Shown piece after piece: positions 10,155 through 17,673 of a stretch of 64,000 bases of DNA. Where the stretch lies: contig CAIVQH010000046.1 in the NCBI GenBank assembly GCA_903907995.1, forward strand, positions 212,396-276,395. Direction: 5' to 3'. The position numbers and the translations under genes are program-made. Under the pieces are notes generated by a model, which was not told the origin of the DNA, made no database searches, and saw only the letters and a program-made list of their open reading frames with translations. Each line of letters begins with the position of its first letter. Position 1 is the first letter of the stretch. This DNA comes from an uncultured Verrucomicrobiota bacterium (GTDB lineage Bacteria > Verrucomicrobiota > Verrucomicrobiia > Limisphaerales > UBA9464).

Positions 10155-12143
10155 ATGAAAAAAGTGCTCATCCTGACGGCCGGTTTCGGCGAAGGCCACA
10201 ATGCCGCCGCCCGCAACCTGCGCGACGCGCTCGAACTCGAGTCGGACGAGGTAAAGGTCGAGATTCTTGACCTGATCGAGAGCGCGTATGGGCGCATCAA
10301 CACGCTCGTCAAAAGCACCTATCTCAAGGTCATTGATTACGCGCCGTTCGTGTGGAACGGCATCTACGGCTGGCTCAATTCCTCGTCGTGGCCCAATCCC
10401 GAGGGCCAGGTCGGCTTGGCCCGCCTGCGGCAGCATCTCGCCGACGTCCTGCGCGCCACCGAGCCGGACGTCGTGGTGACGACCTACCCGATTTACGCCC
10501 CGCTCATCCAGCAGCTTTACCGTGACCATTCCGAACGGCCTTTCCGGCTCATCTCGGTGGTGACCGACTCGATCACCGCCAACTCGATCTGGTGGCGCGC
10601 CCCGAGCGACGCCTGGATCGTGAGCAACGAGGCCACCGCCGAGGCGCTGCGGGCCGGTGGCGTGCCGGCGGACAAAGTGAAGGCGCTGGGTTTCCCGGTA
10701 AGCCCGCGCTTCGCCGAGCTCACGGATATCGAGGTGCTGCCGCCGGATGTGGGCACGACGCGGCGGATTCTTGTCATCGTCAACCACAACAAAAAGAAGG
10801 CGGCGCGGACGGTGGATGAGCTGCTCGAAATCCCCGACACGCACCTGACCATCACGGTCGGTCGCGATGCCGAGCTGAAGGCGAAGCTCGCCGAACGCAC
10901 CCGCAAGGTCTCGGACCGCGTGACCTTGCTCGGCTGGACGAACGTGATGCCGCGCCTGCTGGTGGATTCGCACCTGGTCGTGACCAAGGCCGGCGGTGCC
11001 ACCGTACAGGAGGCCGTGGCCGCCCGCTGCCCCATGATCCTCAACCACATCCTGCCCGGCCAGGAGGAGGGCAACGCCCGGCTCGTCACCGAGTACGGCC
11101 TCGGCGCGATCGCCGAACGGCGGCGCGAGATCGCGGAACTGGTGGAGGACGCCTTCAAGTACCAGGGACGGCGCTGGCGCGAATGGCGGCACAACATCGC
11201 GAAACTTTCCAAGCCGGACGCCGCCCTGCAGCTCGCGAAGCTCGTGCTCGATTTCTGCGACTCGGGCGAACGCCCGCGCAAGACCATCCCGCTCTTTGGC
11301 GACGGCCACGACCGCAGCCCGGTAAACACCTCGGCCGCCGTCGTTTCAGGCGAGTCGAAAATGCTGCTGTGCGACTTCCACACGCACACCAACTACTCCG
11401 ACGGCAAGCTGTCCGTGCCCGATCTCGTGGATTTTTATGGGCGCCGCGGTTTCGACTGCCTGTGCGTGACCGACCATCTTGCCGACCCGCGCCGCCTGCT
11501 GGGCAAACTGGCGCGGCTGACAAACCTCACGCTCGCGCCCGATCAGCTACCGGAGTACTTCGACGTGCTAGAACGCGAGCGCCGGCGCGCGTGGCGCAAG
11601 TATTCCATGCTCCTGATGGCCGGCATCGAGTTCAACAAGGACGGGCTCACCTCGAAATCCTCCGCGCATCTGCTGGGCATCGACCTGCGCTCACCGATCA
11701 ATCCCGCGCTCGACCTGCCAGAGACCATCGCGCAGATCCACACGCAGGGCGGCCTCGCCGTGGCGTCGCATCCCCACGTCATGAAGAGCGAGTGGGGCAA
11801 GAACACGCTCTATCTCTGGGGAAACCAGACGCAGTTTGCCCCGCTCATCGACGCCTGGGAAATCGCGAACCGCAACGACATCTTCACCCCGGTCGGGCAC
11901 AAGCGCCTGCCGTTCCTGGCGAACAGCGACTTCCACAAGCCCAAGCACATCGAGTCGTGGAAGACGCTGCTGCACTGCGAGAAGGATGCCGAGGCGATCA
12001 AGGACTGCATCCGCGAGAACCGGCACGTCGCGATCACGTTTTATCGTGATGATGGGGCGGCCCGGGTGCGGCAGCTTGTGGACCCGATTGGGGAGCCGCT
12101 AGCCCCCGTCCGACAGCCGGAACTGCTCGTGGCAAGATCGTAA
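10155..12143 (+). CDS. fusion protein: UgtP/MGDG-synthase-like GT28 glycosyltransferase (N) + PHP-domain metal-dependent phosphoesterase (C)
   Basis: N-terminal KKVLILTAGFGEGHNAAARNL..., ...ISVVTDSITANSIWW..., ...VTKAGGATVQEAVAARCPMILNHILPGQEEGNA... align to UgtP/MGDG synthase motifs. Residues ~390-650 LLCDFHTHTNYSDGK...CLCVTDHL...ASHPH...SDFH are PHP-type His/Asp metal ligands. Single uninterrupted 662-aa ORF; GGGAG SD before the ATG. Confidence 0.8.
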   Translation: MKKVLILTAGFGEGHNAAARNLRDALELESDEVKVEILDLIESAYGRINTLVKSTYLKVIDYAPFVWNGIYGWLNSSSWPNPEGQVGLARLRQHLADVLRATEPDVVVTTYPIYAPLIQQLYRDHSERPFRLISVVTDSITANSIWWRAPSDAWIVSNEATAEALRAGGVPADKVKALGFPVSPRFAELTDIEVLPPDVGTTRRILVIVNHNKKKAARTVDELLEIPDTHLTITVGRDAELKAKLAERTRKVSDRVTLLGWTNVMPRLLVDSHLVVTKAGGATVQEAVAARCPMILNHILPGQEEGNARLVTEYGLGAIAERRREIAELVEDAFKYQGRRWREWRHNIAKLSKPDAALQLAKLVLDFCDSGERPRKTIPLFGDGHDRSPVNTSAAVVSGESKMLLCDFHTHTNYSDGKLSVPDLVDFYGRRGFDCLCVTDHLADPRRLLGKLARLTNLTLAPDQLPEYFDVLERERRRAWRKYSMLLMAGIEFNKDGLTSKSSAHLLGIDLRSPINPALDLPETIAQIHTQGGLAVASHPHVMKSEWGKNTLYLWGNQTQFAPLIDAWEIANRNDIFTPVGHKRLPFLANSDFHKPKHIESWKTLLHCEKDAEAIKDCIRENRHVAITFYRDDGAARVRQLVDPIGEPLAPVRQPELLVARS

Positions 12144-12300
12144 TGACCGGAGCTCTTCGTCCTTCCACAAGTAGGACGGTGCGGCTCGCCCGTCCTCTAT
12201 CTTTACTTTTCAGACGGCAAAGCAGCGGGCCTCGCAGAGCGAGGCCATGAAAATAGCCGTGGGCATCGCCCACGGAAGAAGTCCGCATGCCGAAGAGTTT

Positions 12301-12365
12301 CGTCGCGTAGCGACGGTTGAACGGTCAGCTTCGGCTTCCAAGATTTCAAACGTCGCTACGCGACG
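12301..12365. repeat. 15-bp perfect inverted repeat (cgtcgcgtagcgacg / cgtcgctacgcgacg) with 35-nt loop in a low-GC convergent intergenic region
   Basis: Direct reading of 12301-12315 and 12351-12365; region 12150-12560 is ~50% GC in a 65% GC genome. Confidence 0.6.
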
Positions 12366-12513
12366 CGCGGTAACGGCAATCCACACCGTGGGCTGCCGCC
12401 CACTTTCATCCGGTCGCTCCGCGACCAAGTGTCATTCCCCGCCCCATTCCCAAGCCATTACAAAAACAGACAGTTTGTTGCCCCTCTCATTTTCTGAAAT
12501 GGCTCGAGTGCAT

Positions 12514-12554
12514 AAAAAGACCCGGCGGCTGGATAGCGCACCGGGTCGAAAAAT
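12514..12554 (-). terminator. rho-independent terminator candidate for the glutathione peroxidase gene
   Basis: Stem gacccgg(12519-25)/ccgggtc(12541-47) preceded on + strand by AAAAA (a U-run on the minus transcript), 16 bp downstream of the GPx stop. Confidence 0.5.
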
Positions 12555-12569
12555 GGAGGAGGAAGATTA

Positions 12570-13121
12570 TTACTTCGCCTTCAGCGCCGCCTCGATGGCC
12601 GCGATGACCTCGGGCGCGTCGGGCTTGGTCTTGGGGCTGAAGCGTTGGAGCACCGTGCCGTCCTTGCCGACGAGGAACTTGCCGAAGTTCCATTCGATGT
12701 CGCCGGGGAACTTCGCCTCCGGTCCGGTCAGCGCCGCGTAGAGGGGATGCTGTTCCGCGCCCTTCACGTGGAGCTTCTCCATGAGCGGGAAGGTCACGTT
12801 GTATTTGGTCGAGCAGAAGGTCTTGATCTCGGCGGCGGTGCCGGGTTCCTGACCGGCAAAGTCATTGCAGGGGAAGCCGACGATGACGAAGCCCTGCTTC
12901 GCGTACTTCGTGTAGGTGGCTTCGAGCGCCTCGTACTGCGGGGTGAGGCCGCACTTGGAGGCGACGTTGACGACGAGCACGACCTTGCCGTTGTAGGCCT
13001 TCAGCGAGGTCGCCTTGCCATCAATGTCTTTCAGGGGGATGTCCCGGATGGTCGGGGCGGTGGCAGCAAGGGCAGTCATGGCCAGAACCAATGAGGTCAG
13101 GAGCGGTTTGAGGGGCTTCAT
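12570..13121 (-). CDS. glutathione peroxidase (secreted)
   Basis: Signal peptide MKPLKPLLTSLVLAMTALAA; GPx signatures LVVNVASKCGLT, GFPCNDFAGQEPG, WNFGKFLV. Confidence 0.85.
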   Translation of the reverse strand: MKPLKPLLTSLVLAMTALAATAPTIRDIPLKDIDGKATSLKAYNGKVVLVVNVASKCGLTPQYEALEATYTKYAKQGFVIVGFPCNDFAGQEPGTAAEIKTFCSTKYNVTFPLMEKLHVKGAEQHPLYAALTGPEAKFPGDIEWNFGKFLVGKDGTVLQRFSPKTKPDAPEVIAAIEAALKAK

Positions 13122-13172
13122 GCGGGTGGGAATATGACCAAGCGGACGGGGCTGTCAAATCGGCTGAAACCG

Positions 13173-14009
13173 TCAGTCATTCACGTGCAGACCGAGCTTC
13201 TTCCAGCCGGAAATCAGCTTCTTGCTGGCTGAGGAGTACGGGTTGCCGTGGAGATAGAGATTCACGAACGGCGCGAAGTTGTTCGGTCCGGCCAGATCAT
13301 TGGTCAGCGCCGTGTTGAGCGGAGCCAGGTCCTTGATCCGGTTGTCATCGAAAAAGAGGAAGGTCGGCGCCCGCAGCCCGGTGACGGGCGTAAGATCGGT
13401 GATGCGGTTGTGGGACACGGACAGGATGCCGAGACCACGGCAGCCACCGATCGCGGCGAGGGAATCGATCTGGTTGTACTCGGCGTGCAACGTGACCAGT
13501 CGCGGCAGACAGCCAAGCGACAGGATCGAGGCGATCTGGTTGTTGCCGATGTAAAGGCTCGTGAGGTTGGTCAGCCCGCCCAGCGGACCCAGGTCGGTGA
13601 CCTGGTTGCGCGAGAGTTCCAGGTACTGCAGGGCCGGCACGGAGGCGAGCGGTGCCAGGTCACGGATGCGGTTCGTGGCCAGGTTCAGGAACTGGAGCTG
13701 GCGCAAGCCCTTGAGCGGGGCGAGGTCGGTGATCTGATTGCCCGCGAGATCGGCCGAGGCCAGCGCCTTGCAATGTTCCAGGCCGGCGAGGTTCGTGATG
13801 CCGCGCCCATTGGCGTTGAAGGTCGAGACATTGACCACATCGGCGGCGGTCAGCGGCGAATTGGTCTGACGCTTGGAAAAAACCTGTTGGCGCACCGCGT
13901 CCTCCAGCCGCTTGTCGGCGAAGATGGAAGCCTCGTTGGTGGCATCGGCGGCACGGGCCGGCGTTAGGAAGGCCAGCACCGCAAAGAGAAGGGCAAACGA
14001 CCGGTTCAT
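13173..14009 (-). CDS. secreted leucine-rich-repeat (internalin-like LRR) protein
   Basis: ATG at 14009 gives MNRSFALLFAVLAFLTPARA; then ~9 tandem 22-aa LxxLxxLxLxxNxIxDLxPL repeats. Confidence 0.7.
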   Translation of the reverse strand: MNRSFALLFAVLAFLTPARAADATNEASIFADKRLEDAVRQQVFSKRQTNSPLTAADVVNVSTFNANGRGITNLAGLEHCKALASADLAGNQITDLAPLKGLRQLQFLNLATNRIRDLAPLASVPALQYLELSRNQVTDLGPLGGLTNLTSLYIGNNQIASILSLGCLPRLVTLHAEYNQIDSLAAIGGCRGLGILSVSHNRITDLTPVTGLRAPTFLFFDDNRIKDLAPLNTALTNDLAGPNNFAPFVNLYLHGNPYSSASKKLISGWKKLGLHVND

Positions 14010-14070
14010 GGATATTGCTTTGTGACGAGCGTCGGGTGAAAGAGCAAGACGCAGCCGCACCCTGGATCAT

Positions 14071-14901
14071 TCAGCCCTTCAACGCCGCCTGCAGTCTTAC
14101 GAACTGCGCAAGCAGCTTCGGCATGTCGGCCAGCGGGATCATGTTGGGGCCATCGCTCATGGCCTCGTCCGGATTCGGATGCGTTTCGATGAACAGACCG
14201 TTGGCCCCGGCGACGATCGCGCAGCGCGCCAGCACGGGCGCGAATTCCCGCTGGCCGCCCGATTTGTCCCCTGCCCCGCCGGGCAGCTGTACGGAGTGCG
14301 TCGCGTCGAACACCACTGGATACCCGAGCGCGCCCATGATCGGCAGCGAGCGCATGTCGGCCACGAGGTTGTGGTAGCCGAAGGTGGTGCCGCGCTCCGT
14401 GAGGAGCAGCTTCGGCTTGCCGTCGGGCGCGGCTTCGGCGGCCTTCTTGACCACGTTGCCCATGTCCTGCGGAGCGAGGAACTGGCCCTTCTTGATGTTC
14501 ACGATCGCACCCGTCGCCACGGCGGTGTGGATGAGATCGGTCTGCCGGCAGAGAAACGCGGGAATTTGTAAGATGTCCACGGACTTGGCCGCCGCGATGG
14601 CCTGCGCCTCGTCGTGGATGTCGGTGAGGACCGGCACACCGACCTTTTCCCGGATGCGCGCGAGCGTCGCCAATCCTTCCGCGATGCCCGGTCCGCGAAA
14701 CGATTTGCCGGAAGAGCGGTTCGCCTTGTCGAAGCTGGCCTTGAACACGTACGTGATGCCGAGCTTGGCGCAGGTGGCCTTCAGCTTGCGGGCGATCTGG
14801 AGGCAGAGCGCCTCACTCTCGATCACGCACGGGCCGGCGAGGAGAAACAGATGGCGGCGATCATTGAGCGCACGCCAGAGGGTGGCGGAAGAATCAGGCA
14901 C
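14071..14901 (-). CDS. kdsA: 3-deoxy-8-phosphooctulonate (KDO-8-P) synthase
   Basis: [16 protein letters not shown]...[40 protein letters not shown] match KdsA; GTG start at 14901. Confidence 0.85.
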   Translation of the reverse strand: MPDSSATLWRALNDRRHLFLLAGPCVIESEALCLQIARKLKATCAKLGITYVFKASFDKANRSSGKSFRGPGIAEGLATLARIREKVGVPVLTDIHDEAQAIAAAKSVDILQIPAFLCRQTDLIHTAVATGAIVNIKKGQFLAPQDMGNVVKKAAEAAPDGKPKLLLTERGTTFGYHNLVADMRSLPIMGALGYPVVFDATHSVQLPGGAGDKSGGQREFAPVLARCAIVAGANGLFIETHPNPDEAMSDGPNMIPLADMPKLLAQFVRLQAALKG

Positions 14902-15005
14902 GGCAGGAGATTGCGGGAAGATGGCGGTGACGGCGACGGCAAAAACAAACCCGCGTCCGGGGAAACGGACGCGGGTTGTAAGAAAAACTTTGGCGGCGGT
15001 GGCGC

Positions 15006-15629
15006 TTACTTGGCGGCGGCGTAGAGCGCGGCAACCTTGGTCCAGTCAACGACGTTCCAGACGGCCTTCAGGTAGGCGGCGCGGAGGTTCTGGTACTTCA
15101 GGTAATAAGCGTGCTCCCAGACATCGATGCCGAGGATGGCCTTGCCTTCGACACCGGCGACGGCCTTGCCCATGAGCGGGTTGTCCTGGTTGGCGGTCGA
15201 GACGACCTCGAGCTTGCCGCCGTTGACGACGAGCCACGCCCAGCCGGAGCCGAAGCGGCCCACACCGGCGGCCTCGAACTTCTCCTTGAAGGCGTCGAAG
15301 CTGCCGAAGCTCGCGGTGATCGCCGCCGCGAGGTCGCCCGTTGGCGCACCGCCGCCCTTGGGCGAAAGGATGTTCCAGAAGAAGGTGTGGTTCCAGTGAC
15401 CGCCGCCGTTGTTGCGGACGGGTCCACGGATCGCATCAGGCACGCCGGCCAGGTCGCTGATGAGGGCTTCGAGCGACTTCGCCTCGAGCGGCGTGCCGGC
15501 GATGGCCTTGTTCAGGTTGGTGACGTAGGCGGCGTGATGCTTGCCGTAGTGGATGCCCATGGTGGCCGTGTCGATGTGCGGTTCGAGGGCGTCCTGGGCG
15601 TAAGGGAGGGGTGCGAGTTCAAAGGCCAT
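15006..15629 (-). CDS. sod: Fe/Mn superoxide dismutase
   Basis: ATG at 15629: [32 protein letters not shown]...[11 protein letters not shown]...DVWEHAYYL. The track ORF extends 100 codons upstream through junk. Confidence 0.9.
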   Translation of the reverse strand: MAFELAPLPYAQDALEPHIDTATMGIHYGKHHAAYVTNLNKAIAGTPLEAKSLEALISDLAGVPDAIRGPVRNNGGGHWNHTFFWNILSPKGGGAPTGDLAAAITASFGSFDAFKEKFEAAGVGRFGSGWAWLVVNGGKLEVVSTANQDNPLMGKAVAGVEGKAILGIDVWEHAYYLKYQNLRAAYLKAVWNVVDWTKVAALYAAAK

Positions 15630-15816
15630 AATCGTAGGAGGTAAATGGTGCGTGTGACGAACGGCCATAACGATACCTGATACCAGCCAAGCGGCAAGTA
15701 CGGGGTTCTGCGGAACCGGTTCCTCCGCTGGCGACAACCAATCGACAGCCGAGCGCAATCCACCGACAACCGGCTTTCTTGCCTGACCGGGGTGGTATGA
15801 CCTAGGTTCCCCGCAC

Positions 15817-16113
15817 TTGAGCAAGCCTGTTCCAGTGCCGGTTCCGCCTGCCACGACGCCCCCCGCATCGGGGTTGTCGCCGCTCAGCCGTGTCCGCGCC
15901 GGATGCGTGGTCATCGTGAAGCAGCTCACGGCGGATCATGAGGTAAACCAGCGCCTTCGCGAGATGGGTTTCGGCGAGGAGCAGCGCATCAAGGTCATCA
16001 CGCTCCAGAACAATGTCCTGTGCCAGGTCTGCAACGCCCGCCTCGGCCTCAGCGCGAAGCTGGCGGAAAACATCCTCGTGCAACCGGTCGCACCGATGCG
16101 GCTGGCGGCGTGA
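15817..16113 (+). CDS. feoA: FeoA-family protein (first of two); start codon uncertain (TTG at 15817 or GTG at 15907)
   Basis: [34 protein letters not shown]... is an SH3-like FeoA domain; no in-frame ATG. Confidence 0.6.
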   Translation: MSKPVPVPVPPATTPPASGLSPLSRVRAGCVVIVKQLTADHEVNQRLREMGFGEEQRIKVITLQNNVLCQVCNARLGLSAKLAENILVQPVAPMRLAA

Positions 16114-16120
16114 GCGGAGC

Positions 16121-16205
16121 TGAATTCAAAATTTGAAATTCGGAATTCAAAATTTCCAAGCACGCCCGGGTACGTCTCATTTTGAATTTTAAATTCCAAA
16201 TTTTG
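16121..16205. promoter_or_regulatory. AT-rich palindromic repeat element between the two feoA genes (candidate operator/attenuator)
   Basis: gaattcaaaatttgaaattc-ggaattcaaaatttcc ... gcccgggtacgtctc ... ttttgaattttaaattccaaatttt: inverted AT-rich arms around a GC core, 8 bp upstream of the feoA2 ATG. Confidence 0.4.
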
Positions 16206-16213
16206 CGTCTGGC

Positions 16214-16447
16214 ATGAACCCCCTCCCGCTGTCCTCCCTCACCCCCGGCACGAAAGCCGTCGTGACCGAAATCCGCGTGCCGGTGGAGCACCGCGGCCGG
16301 CTGCTCGAGATGGGCCTGCTCGTCGGCACCACGGTGGAGCTGGTACGGTTCGCCCCGATGGGTGACCCGGTCGAGATCAAGATTCGGGGATACAACCTCT
16401 CGCTGCGGAAACACGAGGCGGAGCAGGTCATCGTGAAACCACAATAA
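16214..16447 (+). CDS. feoA: FeoA-family protein (second copy)
   Basis: MNPLPLSSLTPGTKAVVTEIRVPVEHRGRLLEMGLLVGTTVELVRFAPMGDPVEIKIRGYNLSLR, a canonical FeoA. Confidence 0.75.
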   Translation: MNPLPLSSLTPGTKAVVTEIRVPVEHRGRLLEMGLLVGTTVELVRFAPMGDPVEIKIRGYNLSLRKHEAEQVIVKPQ

Positions 16448-16460
16448 TCCGGAGGGTTGC

Positions 16461-16763
16461 ATGACTTGGCGCGTTGCAATTTGGCTGATTTTTGTGGTGC
16501 CGGGATTCCTATGTGCCGCGCTCAATAGCTGGTTGGCATTTGGCCGGCCAATTAGCCTAAAGCTTCAGCGAATGGATGCAGGCTTTGTGTCTCCATTGCC
16601 TCTTCTCGGAGCCGTACCCTTGCTTGTGGGATTGATTAGCGTTCCGATTTTGAAGGCGAAAATACCAGCTGCTGTGGTCGTGGGGATTTCGTGTCTCGGC
16701 CTGATGGATTTGCTGGCGCTAATGCTCGCGAATTCTCTTCACGCCTGGAGCCAACGGCGTTGA
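16461..16763 (+). CDS. small hydrophobic membrane protein (hypothetical, low-GC)
   Basis: 100 aa, three predicted TM segments, ~52% GC; lies between feoA2 and the IS element. Confidence 0.3.
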   Translation: MTWRVAIWLIFVVPGFLCAALNSWLAFGRPISLKLQRMDAGFVSPLPLLGAVPLLVGLISVPILKAKIPAAVVVGISCLGLMDLLALMLANSLHAWSQRR

Positions 16764-16943
16764 CGCAATATGGTTTCATTCTCTCTTCAAGCATCTAAGC
16801 GATCTGAGGCAGTTCCACCTTCGCCGCCATCCCCACCGGCACTCCGATTACGCGGAAGGACCATGCTTTTCAAGGCCCTTACTTGGCAGCACTTTACTCT
16901 GGAAGACTGACCGCGCCCCGATGCCTCCAGATTTCAATCACCA

Positions 16944-17612
16944 AGCGCTGAAAGCGCGTCCAAGTATTGCCTGGGGTGAAGCCCCAGGTTTGCGGCCCCG
17001 AAAACAGACCAAGGGCTGAAGGCCCGTCCGAACCATGTCGCAATCCCTCGCCAACAATCTGATTCACCTGGTCTTCTCGACCAAGGTGCGCCGGCCCCTG
17101 TTGCGCGATGACGAGCGCGACGGACTCCACGCCTACATGGGTGGTGTGCTCAAGAATCACGATTGCCACTCGTTGGAAATCAACTCGGTAACCGACCACG
17201 CCCATGCCCTTTTTGTGCTGAGCAAAAACCTCGCCTTGGCGAAGGCAATCGAACTGGTCAAAGGGCTTTCCTCAGCCTGGCTCAAGGACCAGGGCGCTTG
17301 GTATTCGGACTTCCACTGGCAGACCGGCTACTGGGCTTTCAGCGTGAGCCAAACCCATGTCGGACCTCTGCGCCGCTACATTCGCGGCCAGCAGAAACAT
17401 CATGAGAAAATTAGCTTCCAGGATGAGGTGCGTCGCCTGAGCCAGAAGAACGGAATCGAACTCGATGAGCGCTATGCGTGGGAGTGAATTTACGGCGCCG
17501 ATATTCTCGGACGGGCCTTCAGCCCTTGCCAACTTACTGGGGCCGGGTACCTGGGCCTTCGCTCGCGATGCTCGCTCCAGCCCAGGCATTACTCGGGTGG
17601 GCTTACAGCCCG
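16944..17612 (+). mobile_element. IS200/IS605-family (Y1 HUH transposase) element with REP-like GC hairpin ends, inserted between feoA and feoB
   Basis: tnpA ORF flanked by inverted sequences gggctgaaggcccgtccga (17013-31) / tcggacgggccttcagccc (17507-25) and by distal hairpins gcctggggtgaagccccagg (16969-88) / cccaggcattactcg (17581-95). Both ends recur without the ORF at 50736-50962. Confidence 0.6.
17035..17487 (+). CDS. tnpA: IS200/IS605-like Y1 (HUH) transposase TnpA
   Basis: 150 aa: LIHLVFSTKVRRPLL (N-terminal beta strand), HUH motif DHAHALFVL, GYWAFSV, catalytic-Tyr helix YIRGQQKHH; same order and spacing as IS200 TnpA. Confidence 0.75.
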   Translation: MSQSLANNLIHLVFSTKVRRPLLRDDERDGLHAYMGGVLKNHDCHSLEINSVTDHAHALFVLSKNLALAKAIELVKGLSSAWLKDQGAWYSDFHWQTGYWAFSVSQTHVGPLRRYIRGQQKHHEKISFQDEVRRLSQKNGIELDERYAWE

Positions 17613-17673
17613 AGCTTAGCTTGTTCGGAGCCGCTGTGAATCACGTCCTGGTTGTGACCTTGTTCAAAAATCG

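Noticed and set aside
10122-11392. Minus-strand ORFs of 395 and 291 aa overlapping the GT-PHP gene
   Set aside because: Opposite-strand artefacts; the + strand ORF has strong UgtP and PHP motifs and an SD-ATG.
12247-12741. 164-aa + ORF
   Set aside because: Overlaps the glutathione peroxidase gene on the opposite strand and the hairpin/terminator region; composition is incoherent.
16461-17612. Considered calling the whole low-GC block one composite transposon
   Set aside because: Only 16944-17612 is supported by the duplicated copy at 50736-50962. The 100-aa ORF at 16461 has no matching end sequence, so it was kept separate.
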